A stretch of 48,075 nt of DNA from assembly GCA_964446055.1 (NCBI GenBank), contig CAYUNL010000001.1, positions 1-48,075 of the forward strand, given 5' to 3'. Below are positions 47,644 through 48,075 of the stretch, one piece after another; position 1 is the stretch's first letter; each line of letters opens with the position of its first letter. Position numbers and translations under genes: made by a program. Origin of the DNA: an uncultured Alphaproteobacteria bacterium. GTDB taxonomy: Bacteria; Pseudomonadota; Alphaproteobacteria; VGEJ01. Below the pieces are notes generated by a model. That model was given only the letters and a program-made list of their open reading frames with translations, made no database searches and was not told the origin of the DNA.

Positions 47644-48075
47644 GCGGGGCGGATCCGCAGGGCGCTGGCGCCGGGCTGGTGCTCGCCTCGGCAAGCGCGG
47701 CAAGGAGCCGTGTGCTTGACGGCGCTGGCGTAACGTTCGCCGTCGAACCGGCGGCAGTCGATGAACCGGCGCTGGTTGCCAGCATCACCGCGGATGGCCG
47801 CGGCGCGGCGGAGGTCGCGGAAGCGCTGGCCGAGTTGAAGGCCTCGCAAGTTTCCACTCGCCGCGAGGGCGCGTTCGTTATTGGCGCCGATCAAGTACTC
47901 GTCTGCGAGGGCCGGCTGTTCGCCAAGCCCGGGACGCCCGACCGTGCACGCGCCGATCTTCTTGCGCTACGCGGGAGAAGTCATGAGCTGCTGAGCGCCG
48001 TGTGCGTGGTCCGTGACGGCAAACCTTTGTGGCGATACCTAGCGCGGGCGCGCATGACTATGCGGCCGGTTTCCG
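47640..48075 (+). CDS. maf: Maf-family nucleoside-triphosphate pyrophosphatase; 3' end outside window
   Basis: GTG 47640 forms a GTGA overlap with the preceding stop. My translation: VSGADPQGAGAGLVLASASAARSRVLDGAGVTFAVEPAAVDE...VIGADQVLVCEGRLFAKPGTPDRARADLLALRGRSHELLSAV (LASxSxxR and GADQV motifs). Not in the ORF track because no stop occurs in the window. Confidence 0.85.
   Translation, partial: MSGADPQGAGAGLVLASASAARSRVLDGAGVTFAVEPAAVDEPALVASITADGRGAAEVAEALAELKASQVSTRREGAFVIGADQVLVCEGRLFAKPGTPDRARADLLALRGRSHELLSAVCVVRDGKPLWRYLARARMTMRPVS

Overview
High-GC alphaproteobacterial chromosome segment covering the replication-origin neighbourhood. Left to right: dnaK (3' end)-dnaJ, dapB, an AraC/MGMT (Ada-like) gene, DUF2244, nth. 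Next comes a minus-strand string of amidase, EI24-like protein, bactofilin and lipoprotein. Then adenosine kinase, a membrane + 2Fe-2S + class III nucleotide cyclase, HIT and GNAT genes, and hslVU. Next is a gap-free minus-strand chain lutA-lutB-lutC-smr-XRE, then yggS and a thiE-like gene. A ~7.4 kb accessory-looking block follows (19.5-26.9 kb). It holds a CysN-like/APS-kinase fusion with a decayed GTPase domain, a cytosolic-type sulfotransferase, a porin with its own terminator, a TPR-sulfotransferase fusion, and two truncated or decayed TPR paralogs. After it come DUF3576-leuS-lptE-holA and parB-parA-rsmG-mnmG-mnmE, with a perfect parS inside rsmG. Then yyaL-ogt, a BrnT/BrnA toxin-antitoxin pair, dienelactone hydrolase, qor, rho and hemJ-hemH-hemE. 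A 404-bp non-coding gap follows that has the position and sequence features of the alphaproteobacterial oriC (hemE / DUF299 gap). The window ends with the DUF299 kinase and maf (3' end outside the window). I recognised no rRNA, tRNA, CRISPR array or transposase. The best candidate for something undescribed is the PAPS-supply plus multi-sulfotransferase/TPR/porin block. The redox-cofactor-linked cyclase is second. All family calls come from motif recognition by eye. Start codons were chosen by hand from the ORF track frames. No database search, HMM or GC-skew calculation was run.
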